A stretch of DNA of 64,000 bases from an uncultured Clostridium sp. (GTDB taxonomy: Bacteria; Bacillota; Clostridia; TANB77; CAG-508): the NCBI GenBank assembly GCA_947245515.1, contig CAMXQV010000002.1, forward strand, positions 141 through 64,140. Direction: 5' to 3'. Under the pieces are notes generated by a model. It saw only the letters and a program-made list of their open reading frames with translations. It had not been told where the DNA came from and did not search any database. This document shows positions 12,001 to 20,731 of the stretch, piece by piece (position 1 is the stretch's first letter; each line of letters starts with the position of its first letter). A program made the position numbers and the translations under genes.

Positions 12001-15000
12001 TGCATTTACTACTCTTACATCTTCACTATTAGTAGCTACTGGTACTTTTGAATCTATATTGCCATTTTCATCATAGGTTATTGTGAAATTTAAGTTATCT
12101 ATTCCAATATATTTATTTGTACCAACACTATGAATTAGTTCATAAGTCTCTGTAGCATTTGTTGTTACATATTTTACACTCATTCTCATAGTTTGATAAG
12201 TTGCATTAAATTCACCTTTATATAAACTTAAAGAATTCTTAACAGAAACATCAATATCACTACCAATTACCTTATTCGTAAATTTATCTACTGTTTCTAT
12301 TTCTACATTTAAAGGATCTTGTTCTTGCATAATAATTTTAAGTTCTACATCTGTTATTACATTACCATTTTCATCCCTAGTATTTGTAGTAGCAAACCAC
12401 CAATCTCCTGGGTTAGTTCCATTTACTCTATAATGTGGATCTCTTTGTCCTGCTAAAGTAGCTGTTGTATCTACCTCATTATCTGGTGTAAAGTAAATTT
12501 GCATATTAATTTTATTTGTTATCTTTTTATAATATTTACCTGATTGTATATTTTCAATAGTATAAGTTACTGGTGAAGTTTTATCATCATATCTTCCTCC
12601 TACTTTTGTAGAAACTTTACCTTCTGCATTTGTTGGATCTGATGTTTTTAGTGAACCTTTAGTACTACTTATTTGATATTTAGCATTACTTATTCCTTTT
12701 CCTTCTTTATCTTGAGTGTCAATTTGAATATTAAATACATCTTCTTTTGCATCAAACATTTCAACATCATATACACTTTGAACTGCTCCACTAGGTAAGG
12801 TTACAGACATTTGCTTTGTTAATTTAGCTTTTGACGCAGTTATCGCATCTGTTGTTGAATCAATTACTAGTGTAACTTCATCAGTGTATTTATCAATTGC
12901 ACTTACTTTTAATACAAGGGTATTATTTTTTGAATGTGCTATTGGTGCAACTGTTTCTGTAATATATATCTTAGAATCTAATGGTACATATAACCCATTA
13001 TATTCTATATCTTCATTTACTTTTACATTTGTATTTACAAGTTTAGTTCCATCTGGTCTTTCTATAATAACATCATATACTGCACCTGTTAATACTGTTT
13101 TATCATCTAAGCTCTTTTTGATTAAATCTAAAGATAAATTTCCTGTTGCATCATAGTCTGTATAAATTTGTATATTTACATCTGATTCATATCCATTATT
13201 AGTTTCTGCTGCACTGAAATTCTTTCCACCACTTGCTGGAATTAGCCTATTTCCTTTAATTGTTTCAACATTTACAACTTCAATCATACCTTTATCTTCA
13301 TTATATCTGAAGGTTAATTTTAATTCTACTAAATTTCCATCTACTATTATATCAACTAAGTATACTTGTTCTCCTGGCATTTTAGTATTTTTTACTTTTA
13401 AAGAACTTAAGTCGACATTTCCTATTGTTAATTGATCTGTAGATGACAATACTTCTTTATCTAATATTTTACCAGTTTCTGGATCATGAATTTGTTCATA
13501 ATTATTTTTTATAACATTTACAACTCTTACTTTCTTTCCTCCAACTGGAGCCTTTGAATTATGATCTATAGTTGTTATAGAAAGATTTAGTAGAACATCG
13601 TCTTGAGTCTTCTTTTTGTTTGTATGATGATAAGTAATAGTATTACCAGCTATTGTTGCATATTTTGGGAATTGTCCTGGTTGCACTGGTGGCATTACTT
13701 CTGTTGGAGTATGAGTGATAGTATTATTTGTAATATTTATAGCTAATTCTTGTGGTATTTGATCTCCTTTATATCCTGTTTTTGCTTTAGTTTGTGTAGC
13801 TGTTATTTCTATTTGATTTGTTGTTGCTTTATCTACAAATAAACGTGTTTGTATTCTACCTCTACCATCAGTAGGTCTTGCTTTAATGTCTTTTGTAAAC
13901 ATACCTGCTTTTATGTTTATATCGTATTCTGCTTTGTCAATGGTTGCACCTGTATCTACATCTCTTAGATCAACCTCAAATAAATAAGATTTAGCTGCAT
14001 CAATTGATAGATGTGTTTTTATAAATGCTGTATGTAAGGTATTATACTCATCAGCCTCAAGATTAGTATTAATCATATCAATTGGTCCTCTTACATTATT
14101 TGCTCCACAAATATGTTTATTTCTATCAAATTCTATATTAAATTCTGCTGGAGCTGTAAAACTCTCATATCCATAAGGTACCTGTACTGTTTCTAATTTA
14201 TATAAATAATTTCCTTGTGGTTCATCATCTATCATAAATTCTGCTATACCATTAGCATCAGTTGCAGTAGCTTTATATGCTTTTCCTGTTACAGTATTAG
14301 TTAAAGAAAATTCTACATTTTCTATATAATATTCTGGAATTTCGTCCTTATCTATTACTTCAACTTTTACTACATTTCTTTCTGCTTTAACTTTACTTTT
14401 TAAATTAACTTTTACTTTATCTTTTTTAGGCTCTGCTAATACATCTAAATCAGTCGGTGTTTTAGTTGCAATTTGTTCTACTCTGCCATTTAATCTTTGG
14501 ATTAATATTGTATTTACTGTAGGATCTTTTGCATATCCTGGTGCAGGTGAATTTTCAGTTATCTTAACTGTTACATATCCTGAACCTGGCAATTTTAATT
14601 CAATTTTTCCTCCATTTGAGGTAATATTTTTAGAATAATTGTAGGTTGCACCATTATAATCAATTACTGTTACATTATAATCAGCACCATCTATTCCATT
14701 TCCACTTTTCTCATCTTTTAAGTTTAATTCAAAATTAAATCCATTTGTAAGACTATTTTCATTTCCTATCTTTACAACTGCATGTGTATTACTCTTTCTT
14801 TCTGCTGTTACCTTATCATTATAAACTTTTTCTATAGCTGTTACATTTCCCAAATTATCATAGGTAATTCTTAAAGTAACATTTCCCATAGAAGTATAGC
14901 CTGGTAGTTCTGACATCTGTGATAAAATATATTCATAGGTTTCTTCTTTTCCTGTTGGTGTCATTACAGTTGGTTTAAAAATTAATTTTCCATCTTCATC

Positions 15001-16542
15001 TGTTTTTCCAAATAAAGCTTTCATTTCATATTTGTTATTAACTGTTGGTTGTATTAATCTAAATTCAACATCTTTCAAAGGTATTGTATCATTATTTAAC
15101 TCTGATAAGTTGATCTCTAAGTCAAATTTTTGTGTATCTATAGGATATTCAAAGTTTACAATTCTTCTGTCATCATCTACTACAAAGTCAAGACCATCTG
15201 AATCTTTAACTTCAATTACTCTTCTTCCTAAATAATCATTATTTATTGTGATTGTTCTCTTTTCTGTAGAATTTGAATACCCTGGAACGTTATTAACTTG
15301 TGGCTCTATAAAATATTCAACATCATCTAGTGTTCTTAATTTGTCAATTGTTATGTACCCATAATCATCTACTTTTTTAGTTGCTTCATATACAACGTTT
15401 TCTTCTGAGTCTGTTCCTGTAATTTTAAATTCTACTCCCTTAACAGGTATCTTATTGTTTTCAGCACTAACTGCTTTAATCCTAATTGTATAGGTTTCGC
15501 AAACTGTAAATTTAGGTCCTTCTATCTCTAAGGCATCCAAACTTTTTGGATTCTTTCTCATATTATAAGATAAATTTACATTTTTTGCTGAATACCAGTT
15601 TTTATATATAATATTTCTATCAATTTCCTTGTTAGGTTTTAAACTTAATTTATATTTAAAAGTAGCATTATCTTTTCCAATAGTAGTTGGAGTCCAAACA
15701 AATCCATCAGCTGTTTTTGTTACATTATTATTATTTACTAAAGTTATATCAAAGTATTCTAGGACATTATCTGTAAAAATATTTGTAACTTGAACATCTG
15801 TAAGGCTTTTCAAAATATGATCTACAACAACATCTGCATTTTCAACAAGTGGATCAAGCATATAAATTAGTCCATAATTAGGTGCTTGTTCTGTTCCAAT
15901 TATATTATTTGTAATTCCTGTAGTAATTGTAATTACATTTATGTTATCTGCTTTTAATTGGTCATATTTTTCTTTTACCATATCTGTAGAGTCTGTAATA
16001 ATAACCATGGTATTTATAGCACTAGGATCTAATAAATTTAAGCTATCATGTGCACTTTGTATCGCATTAGCTAAGCTATTTGTACTTGTAAAATTTGTGC
16101 TATTTATTGCATTATTAATAGTCACTGGGTTATATGAACCAAGTGCTACTGCAGTTCCATTATTATTTGAATAAGATACTTTTGCAGAACCACACAAACC
16201 ATTAGCTAAGTTTCTAGCTACTTGCCTTGCATTATTTTTATCTACATTAATATCCATCGAATATGAGTTATCTAATACAATAGCTACTTGATAGTTATCC
16301 CTTCCCGCTTTGTTTGTAACTTCAAGTTGATACATCAATTCTGTATCATTTGACTCACTTTCAATAATTGTCTGTTTTATTTTAGCTTCATCAGATTCTT
16401 TTTCAGTTTCTTTTTTCAAAATATCTATAACATAATCATTTTTTATATCTGCATTTACATAGGTAAAAAATGATGCTATAGCTATTCCTACTAGAATCAT
16501 TGTGATTATCATTCCAATTAAATACTTTCTTTTGCCTTTCAT
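3013..16542 (-). CDS. Giant surface adhesin of 4509 aa
   Basis: It opens with a signal peptide (MKGKRKYLIGMIITMILVGIAIA) and a vWA/MIDAS-like segment (VAIVLDNSYSMD...MVIITDSTD). Dozens of Cna-B/SpaA-like repeat units follow (for example GVEFKITGTD...DDYGYITI). Asn/Thr/Ser/Gly-rich low-complexity linkers are present. The C-terminus has a DUF11-like module (LEYKIIVTNVGTEEG...LQPGESREVTIVLKY), a transmembrane helix and the tail YYIKKYVL. No LPXTG motif is present. A good SD (AAAGGAGAAAG) precedes the start. Confidence 0.85.
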   Translation of the reverse strand: MKGKRKYLIGMIITMILVGIAIASFFTYVNADIKNDYVIDILKKETEKESDEAKIKQTIIESESNDTELMYQLEVTNKAGRDNYQVAIVLDNSYSMDINVDKNNARQVARNLANGLCGSAKVSYSNNNGTAVALGSYNPVTINNAINSTNFTSTNSLANAIQSAHDSLNLLDPSAINTMVIITDSTDMVKEKYDQLKADNINVITITTGITNNIIGTEQAPNYGLIYMLDPLVENADVVVDHILKSLTDVQVTNIFTDNVLEYFDITLVNNNNVTKTADGFVWTPTTIGKDNATFKYKLSLKPNKEIDRNIIYKNWYSAKNVNLSYNMRKNPKSLDALEIEGPKFTVCETYTIRIKAVSAENNKIPVKGVEFKITGTDSEENVVYEATKKVDDYGYITIDKLRTLDDVEYFIEPQVNNVPGYSNSTEKRTITINNDYLGRRVIEVKDSDGLDFVVDDDRRIVNFEYPIDTQKFDLEINLSELNNDTIPLKDVEFRLIQPTVNNKYEMKALFGKTDEDGKLIFKPTVMTPTGKEETYEYILSQMSELPGYTSMGNVTLRITYDNLGNVTAIEKVYNDKVTAERKSNTHAVVKIGNENSLTNGFNFELNLKDEKSGNGIDGADYNVTVIDYNGATYNYSKNITSNGGKIELKLPGSGYVTVKITENSPAPGYAKDPTVNTILIQRLNGRVEQIATKTPTDLDVLAEPKKDKVKVNLKSKVKAERNVVKVEVIDKDEIPEYYIENVEFSLTNTVTGKAYKATATDANGIAEFMIDDEPQGNYLYKLETVQVPYGYESFTAPAEFNIEFDRNKHICGANNVRGPIDMINTNLEADEYNTLHTAFIKTHLSIDAAKSYLFEVDLRDVDTGATIDKAEYDINIKAGMFTKDIKARPTDGRGRIQTRLFVDKATTNQIEITATQTKAKTGYKGDQIPQELAINITNNTITHTPTEVMPPVQPGQFPKYATIAGNTITYHHTNKKKTQDDVLLNLSITTIDHNSKAPVGGKKVRVVNVIKNNYEQIHDPETGKILDKEVLSSTDQLTIGNVDLSSLKVKNTKMPGEQVYLVDIIVDGNLVELKLTFRYNEDKGMIEVVNVETIKGNRLIPASGGKNFSAAETNNGYESDVNIQIYTDYDATGNLSLDLIKKSLDDKTVLTGAVYDVIIERPDGTKLVNTNVKVNEDIEYNGLYVPLDSKIYITETVAPIAHSKNNTLVLKVSAIDKYTDEVTLVIDSTTDAITASKAKLTKQMSVTLPSGAVQSVYDVEMFDAKEDVFNIQIDTQDKEGKGISNAKYQISSTKGSLKTSDPTNAEGKVSTKVGGRYDDKTSPVTYTIENIQSGKYYKKITNKINMQIYFTPDNEVDTTATLAGQRDPHYRVNGTNPGDWWFATTNTRDENGNVITDVELKIIMQEQDPLNVEIETVDKFTNKVIGSDIDVSVKNSLSLYKGEFNATYQTMRMSVKYVTTNATETYELIHSVGTNKYIGIDNLNFTITYDENGNIDSKVPVATNSEDVRVVNASGKSVKLRVYIEPTVPIAFENAKYFNHNDKLQGGEFEVIDSNNIILGKATTGSNGKGVSYSGAFGTSEVIRYKIRQVKAAKGFAKIDDFEVDVEYGENREILSANLVQTPNRFVNVKALQPSTSADYGYNGNDKGILEIDVFNYPEMHLNIENIDRQDNSIKLEGTNYKVTSSINTGDDSVTTGKDGIGVAHLDKTVFDNSIVYTIKENLPAPNYQSLSIDVKIEVFFDSDGYVTKAEIKSRDDITTIAIPTDVDAEVNPEDFFRVDVTIQSNLAEKLNLHKVDKDFPTEALANVDYEITARIAKRDLSNFTKEEQEALILDTAEMTEDQYLGEVIDRLKLNSEEILDIRKEIVVEEYLKQLELAGNITTEEHNKVTSGVNATDKINRLIELGKLSKGQSNTLIQQVANLQVINVLIKDGKTTQTTVNDLLAKVKGLVRLDVDRVTTDASGNAIAYMDKTLDNKTIEYTIKETRKPYGYDWPDEMIILEVQYDSKGKMAKDPTTGEPLVKKVSGDMDITGSNAENFQVDFTIYNKPSDEVKINITVEDVYDKNKKLEVGEYSAYLTHTVGGVSFVKDEKYATTLASNGAATNQVVTNTNMGMQTTTEGIHGEDSASLGVYEENAGTRILRIDEIKTPDRYYIGNQAYFSTYESIRYNMLFDITFNDEGSVTGVAPHNWGKQNTDLGGWNADGKYLSITNTRNTINIVIKYYPMVEFSTHVQDKYTKEPVSGERIVISTSKPSGTIKGDDLVKAGYIGDTSDPDYVGREYSQHFDDNIIAPLDVSKHYKDYTYKGVSPIESEKSDLGSENYKIRRFYIYEEAEPTSPVQYQKYRSRKQKVFDHVIGTILVKYDQKGEVIETSVETETSNNNIQEGYTSTIIVDRGDSIKDNKHHVDLTIEYAPITTVSMKAEDRISKVGIGDVRFHPYENNTPVSNTSYEYRTEYEYYTNSAGYTSWTYWGANIDNGSSIYKIRATNLKEGYLQTAEDTTVEVEVTYGTDGRISGAKVLSKNTFNDVNAYVDESCYGTTQLKLIFKMERKLGLQINKKDRYDNTIDLSAKFKVTSDVDSSITNDSEFIINTANRTPQVAGRMLPGRVVEYTLSEVGVPDGYIAPRDTLKLLVEYKEDGTVKSAEPGDSFSEKYITVNYICKDKRDDNTSVNKDIEITITNEPKLAIDLQMLDKFYNNIPLENVELIITNDQGDSAVGNLITNSSGTVTTYVGPVYPDKTVEYTITQKTKAVGYYILKAPIKFTVTYDSTGKAVDIPKFSDSNSQEYGKLLSDNVSVFRNTHTARLQVYNMPEDVRLGLSKYDELTKAIIPNVRFKVIVEENGRAHEVNNIVTNSKGVAVGKIDTFRETANGRVVTYTIQEVTPPDTYRKMKDLKIKVIYDADGGMSSWLELSNDNSLNYDLYKRGNTNIVKVDNQYVHMNLKVPNNNTFDLLVKNEDATYKSLGIEGTNYDVTINGVAKKLAKTDINGQTGITKLRDSGNFQIVVSERTIGEGYRRDNKNSITLEIKKAAVGAYTLSLNTASMSAYKITEENSTIPTEKIYKVELDATSGKSARVIVDETYGTIQVVFVNDPMLELTLLKQDINTKKALEGVQFEIVGKDLTTGKSKTITTSTNKTTGADGKIYFDLGLPAKNTTIEYTITELSRPKPETTYTTIIPPQKVTVVYDVYGKIVSIQPNSDSGLRTQAFLANKIASASDTEKTNCRNMWFVIGNGTVNPAYKVKVVSEDATTGKRINGSAFDVEVKDSANATLTLYQKGVTKNLGVDGKYYTDSEASSKGVRVVERGIGKTNGMNKEGKIYINVNQVGFASGYVAGTQRTNGVVEVTTNFANNPNGSLDSLLKAKLDNRDGLNVNVNESTREISIIIKNESRVKLNVTTVSAVKEEVKDGSGKVVAKKEAPISGVTYNVTSEILTATDHSKTDLNLTTRATGLDGVTSEQIGEAMAQKGVVYTIRQNPITGYNSIEDIKIYVLYGSDGYIKECELLSNYTDVDNKVLQTSVGTRNLNLKVQNQPIVGEYRIVVEKHGIDDDVYPELIPGVEFNIKLKEEYGQTKEWNAITNADGMITSDYLSGYGNISIDLKETATANGYKVNASTLNVLLKRNKTTGKIEKTSSDVNIEIDEDKQIVYLKPVNEFSDDSFALTIDKMDITTGKSIENNHAIFDVEITKEETDSESKTETDTKPETESKTDTSTEDTTEIATTDEVVKYKDIIENLETDDTGRATKLGTQLPEDEGTYIFEIKEKQVPKGYEKDPAPIKYRVKIKNGEEGSKYIESAEKISGDYASILKVGGNVFAIRVGNMNNDDILEDNEYKIELSKVNKDKKLLKGDAIFKITAPDGTSQYYPTEDGKIYLRKLKMPTKEETIEYKIQEIMAPEGYKLDRTQKILKIKFAKDTTKAPKDLMKIETAEVVGGNIEITSNTTNTISINVRNEEGADDVTTGKDKYNIVLNKVDQNKRPITKAAKFEITLENGQKVKAATDKEGKIIIEDIATPAKEGKYSYVIQEVTAPEGYKLDSEFKILELTFEKVNEIMTIKAANIVSGSNVTSSVIDSGKGARIEFVDKKLGLEDGKYSLSVTKVDNKGKPITKPASFKVVLPDGKTQNVTTDKYGIFEFNGINIPKTAGTVEYKIKEIVAPDGYKLDSEEKVLQVTFKNVDGKITLTDVRVKSGGNIKVEVKGGEILAYITNKAKSEDDKNNTNTNTNTNTNNTNTNSANNTNKNNTSTNSNKNNTSNTSTNTSGANTSGNTSSNSSSQNTSNGNNKGENSNNNNGNNNGNNNGNNNGNNNGSSNGGSNSNRTQGFDIEIKKYLTSITQLYTDTNEKKVTNIPKKNKATKFEVNASRLQYLSLQLEYKIIVTNVGTEEGIVNYIQDKMPNNLKIDLPKNRNWVQNGDIITYSLGETVLQPGESREVTIVLKYDGSEQYAGPMVNYATFVSEDEDVNDNNDFAKASFILSIRTGYEFVMYGLLTFTMLLTFATGVYYIKKYVL
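3595..3895. repeat. Coding low-complexity tandem repeats with 12-bp and 6-bp periods, encoding a GNNN/NT/S-rich linker in the adhesin
   Basis: The unit ccattattgtttccattattgtttccattattg repeats in the DNA. The protein segment reads NNNGNNNGNNNGNNNG...NTNTNTNTN. Confidence 0.7.
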
Positions 16543-16814
16543 ACTACTTTCTCCTTTTTTCTTTTATCTCATTATTTACTATAAAAAAATTGCTTGAAAT
16601 AATCAATATCAGTTTTTTTCCATTTTTTTTTTATTACATTTTTCACCTTTTTTCCCTTTACGGAAGTGGCTTTCGTCATTTTTTTGTTCCTTTTTTTAAG
16701 TTTTTATTACATTCTTGTTGCATTTTATAAGTTTTTTGTAGGTACAATTTCTTTAATGCTACGGAAAATAAGGAGTGTATCAATTTTTATATATTATGGT
16801 TTGTTAAATTAGTA

Positions 16815-16852
16815 TTGAAAATAAAAATTTTTTATTATAAAATGTATATAAT
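16815..16852 (+). promoter_or_regulatory. Putative promoter (TTGAAA, 17-nt spacer, TAAAAT/TATATAAT) for the DUF368 gene
   Basis: TTGAAA lies at 16815-16820 and TAAAAT at 16838-16843, followed by tgtatataat. Confidence 0.3.
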
Positions 16853-16874
16853 TTTTTAATAATAAGGAGGAAAT

Positions 16875-17771
16875 ATGAAAAAAATAAAAGAACTAATAAT
16901 GAACTTTATACAAGGTTTCTGTATGGCTTTAGCAGACAGTGTACCTGGTGTATCTGGTGGAACAATAGCTTTCCTATTAGGTTTCTATGATAAATTTATA
17001 ACATCTTTAGACAATTTAGTAAGTGGAAATGTCAGACAAAAAAAATCAGCACTTCAATTTCTAATAAAATTAGGAATTGGTTGGGCTATAGGTTTTTGTA
17101 TTTCAGCAACAATATTATCAAATTTGTTTCACACACAAATATATGCAATGAGCTCACTATTCTTAGGCTTTATAATATTTGCAATACCAATTGTAATATA
17201 TGAAGAAAAAAGCACTTTGAAAAATAACTATAAAAATTTAATATTTACTATAATTGGAACACTTTCAGTAATACTAATAACCTTATTAGCTTCACATAAT
17301 TCTAATAACCTTAACCTTACAAATTTAAATTTAGGGACAATAATATATGTATTTATAGCTGCTGCTATTGCAATATCTGCAATGGTACTACCTGGAATAT
17401 CAGGTTCAACTCTTTTATTGATTTTTGGACTTTACTTACCTATAATGAATGCAATTAAAGAATTTTTACATTTTAACTTTTCCTACTTTCCAATTCTTGT
17501 AGTATTTGGTCTTGGAATTATAACAGGAATCTTACTATTTATAAAATTAATAAAAAAATGTTTAGAAAAATACAGAAGCCAAACCATATATGCAATAATT
17601 GGTATGATGCTTGGATCTCTATATTCTATTATCCAAGGACCTACTACTTTATCTGAACCACAACCTGCAATGAACTTTTCATCTTTTAATATTTTATTTT
17701 TTATTCTAGGAATTATAATTCTTGTAGGTTTACAAGCTCTTAGAAATTTTACAGATAAAAAGGAAAGTTAA
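16875..17771 (+). CDS. DUF368-family polytopic membrane protein; the family has been proposed as undecaprenyl-phosphate translocases
   Basis: The DUF368 signature ALADSVPGVSGGT appears near the N-terminus and again internally as PGISGSTLLL. The protein has multiple transmembrane segments. The SD is AAGGAGG. Confidence 0.7.
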   Translation: MKKIKELIMNFIQGFCMALADSVPGVSGGTIAFLLGFYDKFITSLDNLVSGNVRQKKSALQFLIKLGIGWAIGFCISATILSNLFHTQIYAMSSLFLGFIIFAIPIVIYEEKSTLKNNYKNLIFTIIGTLSVILITLLASHNSNNLNLTNLNLGTIIYVFIAAAIAISAMVLPGISGSTLLLIFGLYLPIMNAIKEFLHFNFSYFPILVVFGLGIITGILLFIKLIKKCLEKYRSQTIYAIIGMMLGSLYSIIQGPTTLSEPQPAMNFSSFNILFFILGIIILVGLQALRNFTDKKES

Positions 17772-17879
17772 AACAACAACAAAAATATACTTAAAATTTT
17801 ATATGAAATATATTTTTCCTACATAGCAAAAAAGAGGAATTAGAATTGAATAAATTCTTTTCCCCTTTTTTATTAATTT

Positions 17880-18635
17880 TTATATCTCTATATCTAATTC
17901 AACAGGACAATGGTCACTCCCCATAATTTCTGAATATATCTTCGCTTCTTTGATCTTTTCTTTAATACTATTTGATACTATAAAATAATCAATTCTCCAA
18001 CCTATATTTTTTTCTCTTGCTTTTCCCATATATGACCACCAACTATAACAGTCTTCTTTTGTAGGATATAAATAACGAAAAGTATCTGTAAAACCTACTT
18101 TTAACAAACTTGTCATTTTTCCTCTTTCTTCATCTGTAAAGCCTGCATTTCCTCTATTAGTTTTTGGATTTTTTAAATCAATCTCCTTATGTGCAACATT
18201 TAAGTCTCCACACATAATAACAGGTTTTTCCTTATTTAGTCCTACTAAATATTTTCGTATTTCATCTTCCCATACTTGCCTATATTCTAGTCTCTCCAAT
18301 TCTCTTTTTGAATTTGGCGTATAGATTGTTACCATATAAAATTTCTTAAATTCTAAGGTTATTACTCTTCCTTCTTTATCATGCTCTTCTATACCTATGC
18401 CATATTTTACTTCTATTGGCTCTTCTTTGGTAAAAATTGCTGTTCCTGAATAGCCTTTTCTTTCTGCACTATTCCAATAACTTTTATAATTCTTAAACTT
18501 TAATTCTATTTGTTCTGGCTGACATTTTGTTTCTTGTATACAAAAAATATCTGCATCTATATGTTTAAAGAAGTCTTTAAAGCCTTTGTTTACACATGCT
18601 CTTATTCCATTTACATTCCATGATACTAATTTCAT
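17880..18635 (-). CDS. exoA: Exodeoxyribonuclease III (AP endonuclease)
   Basis: The N-terminus MKLVSWNVNGIRA is canonical. QETK and the C-terminal SDHCPV motif are present, and the length is 251 aa. Confidence 0.9.
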   Translation of the reverse strand: MKLVSWNVNGIRACVNKGFKDFFKHIDADIFCIQETKCQPEQIELKFKNYKSYWNSAERKGYSGTAIFTKEEPIEVKYGIGIEEHDKEGRVITLEFKKFYMVTIYTPNSKRELERLEYRQVWEDEIRKYLVGLNKEKPVIMCGDLNVAHKEIDLKNPKTNRGNAGFTDEERGKMTSLLKVGFTDTFRYLYPTKEDCYSWWSYMGKAREKNIGWRIDYFIVSNSIKEKIKEAKIYSEIMGSDHCPVELDIEI

Positions 18636-18679
18636 AATTTATTCCCTTTCTAAGTAATTTTAGTTTTTATACTCAATTA

Positions 18680-19222
18680 CTAATCTTTAATATATATATT
18701 TACTTTAGTAGGTCTACAATAATACATCCATTCTCCTTTTACAAAAATCTGAAGTTTACCTTCCTCTGCAAGGTATTTATATTCAGGAGATACTAATTGA
18801 TTTGTTACATGATCTTGCCTATCAACAAAATATTCTTTTATTTCTATTCCAAAATCTTCTACTTTTTTTTCTTTATAATTTTCAATATAACTAGAAATAT
18901 CACACTCTGCATAATATATATATCCTGTTTCAGTTCCATTAGTTTTATATTCAACTGGCAAATCACTTATTAATTTATATTTCTTTTCTTCTTCTTTAAC
19001 CTTATCTTTAATTATTGCATTCCATGCTACTTCATAATTTTCTAAAGTAGTATTTTCTAAGGCTTGTGCTTCTTTTTGTTTTTTATCTGCTTCTTTTGCT
19101 CTATTAATTAGTCCATTATCTGTTAATTGCATAATTACTATTCCTGATAAAATTATTATTATTATAAGAGTTATAATTAAGGCAATTAAAGTAATTCCCA
19201 TTTCTTTAGTATTATTTCTCAT
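18680..19222 (-). CDS. Pilin-like protein (paralog 1 of 3) with a prepilin-like hydrophobic N-terminus
   Basis: The N-terminus reads MRNNTKEMGITLIALIITLIIIIILSGIVIMQLTDNGLINRAKEA. This resembles the type IV prepilin leader plus helix, but Ala replaces the conserved Glu at position +5. The SD is GGGAGAG. Confidence 0.55.
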   Translation of the reverse strand: MRNNTKEMGITLIALIITLIIIIILSGIVIMQLTDNGLINRAKEADKKQKEAQALENTTLENYEVAWNAIIKDKVKEEEKKYKLISDLPVEYKTNGTETGYIYYAECDISSYIENYKEKKVEDFGIEIKEYFVDRQDHVTNQLVSPEYKYLAEEGKLQIFVKGEWMYYCRPTKVNIYIKD

Positions 19223-19234
19223 TTAACTCTCTCC

Positions 19235-20731
19235 CTATTTTATATAAAGTACTGGGCGAAAACCGAAATCTGTATTAGGGCTATTAAAGCCAATTCTACC
19301 TCTAAAGCAAGCTGGAGCTGTTCCATATACCTCCCAAAAACTACCAGAACGTAACGAACTATACACTCCAGAGTATACTGCTGTCTCTTGCACAAATTCA
19401 TATAAATTTCCTGCTACATCATATAGATTTTTCTTTTTTACTTCCTCTGTCGAACCTGTTGTTAATAAGGTTCGATATCCAGAATTATTATTCGTCTTGT
19501 TTACATTTTCTTCCCAGTCTGATACCATTGACCCATTTCCATCTATTAAGCAATATTTTCCTCCGCAGTTATTTATGGTTGTATTATAATAATTTCCCCA
19601 TGTACAATTTGTTTTTAAATCTGTATATTTGCTTGCATCTGATGCATTTACTTCACTTTTATCTATTTCATCACTCATAAAGTTTATCATTACATCCCAT
19701 TGTGTTCCTGTTATTAATCCACTATGCACATAATTTGTATTATACATTCTTCTTGACATTATTTCAGCTATTTCTACATTTACATGATTATATGGTATTT
19801 CGTTTGCTTTTGTTGTTGGTTTACTTTCTGCTGTTACTTTATCTATGACATAGCAATCGTTTGTCATGCCTATTATTTTTTCATCTCCTATTTTCTTTCC
19901 ATCTTTTAAGGTTACTTCACTTGTTCCTGCTTCATATCTTCCTACGTAAAACCCATCATATTTTATAATTTGTGTTTCCTCTGCTACATTTGTTCTAGTA
20001 TCAAAAGAATTGTTTGCATATCCCCAATTATATTTCTTATAATTTTCTATATTACATGGAATCCATACAAATTGATTTCCTTCTAAGTCTTTTCCTACAT
20101 CTTCTTGTCCCACATATTTATTTTTATCCTTTGCATTATCTGATATTACTACTCCAGAATTTACTGTTCCTCCTACATAATAAAAACCATATGGTACTGG
20201 CACTGTTTCTCCTTCTCCTCCTGATACTGCATATACTGTTGCTACTTTTGTTATTTCTTTTTCTTCTCCATTTTCTGTTTTTACTACTCTCATAGCTTCT
20301 GTTCCCCAACTGTCTTTTATTGCTACTTCTGTTCCTGCATCTGTTGTTGGCGTATTCTCTGGTAATTTATTTACTACTCCTGTACCTGTTACCTTTCCTA
20401 ATTCTGTTATTTTAAATTCGTAACCATCTACTATTATTGTTAAATCATAATTTATTTCACTTACTTGGCTCTGTAAACCTTCTATTTTATTTACGTTTTC
20501 TTTTAGTAAGGCTTTATCTAAGTTTGCATTTTCTCCTATTGATGCCATTACTGCTAGTTTTACTTTTTCTTCTGCTGTTGCATATTTATTTTTTTCTCCC
20601 GCTATTTTTGCTCGATTTACTAATCCATTTTCTCCTGTTAACGTTATTATTGTTATTCCTGATAAGATTATTAATACTATTATTGTTATTATTAAGGCTA
20701 TTAAAGTTATACCGATATTCTTCTCTTTTAT
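19235..20731 (-). CDS. Pilin-like N-terminus fused to an FGE-sulfatase (SUMF1-like) domain (paralog 2); no canonical start codon
   Basis: The C-terminal roughly 280 aa carry FGE-sulfatase domain motifs (FVWIP, GFYVGRYE, RSGSFWEV, ACFRGR, FGFRPV). The reading frame runs with no stop upstream of the annotated ATG at 20548 and encodes KEKNIGITLIALIITIIVLIILSGITIITLTGENGLVNRAKIA. The only start-like codon is ATA at 20729-20731, at the position where paralogs have ATG. Confidence 0.5.
   Translation of the reverse strand: MKEKNIGITLIALIITIIVLIILSGITIITLTGENGLVNRAKIAGEKNKYATAEEKVKLAVMASIGENANLDKALLKENVNKIEGLQSQVSEINYDLTIIVDGYEFKITELGKVTGTGVVNKLPENTPTTDAGTEVAIKDSWGTEAMRVVKTENGEEKEITKVATVYAVSGGEGETVPVPYGFYYVGGTVNSGVVISDNAKDKNKYVGQEDVGKDLEGNQFVWIPCNIENYKKYNWGYANNSFDTRTNVAEETQIIKYDGFYVGRYEAGTSEVTLKDGKKIGDEKIIGMTNDCYVIDKVTAESKPTTKANEIPYNHVNVEIAEIMSRRMYNTNYVHSGLITGTQWDVMINFMSDEIDKSEVNASDASKYTDLKTNCTWGNYYNTTINNCGGKYCLIDGNGSMVSDWEENVNKTNNNSGYRTLLTTGSTEEVKKKNLYDVAGNLYEFVQETAVYSGVYSSLRSGSFWEVYGTAPACFRGRIGFNSPNTDFGFRPVLYIK

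Noticed and set aside
17772-17879. Terminator between the convergent DUF368 and exoA genes
   Set aside because: Only a weak and imperfect stem (GAGGAATT...AATTCTTTTCC) followed by a T-run could be found. This is too weak to call confidently.
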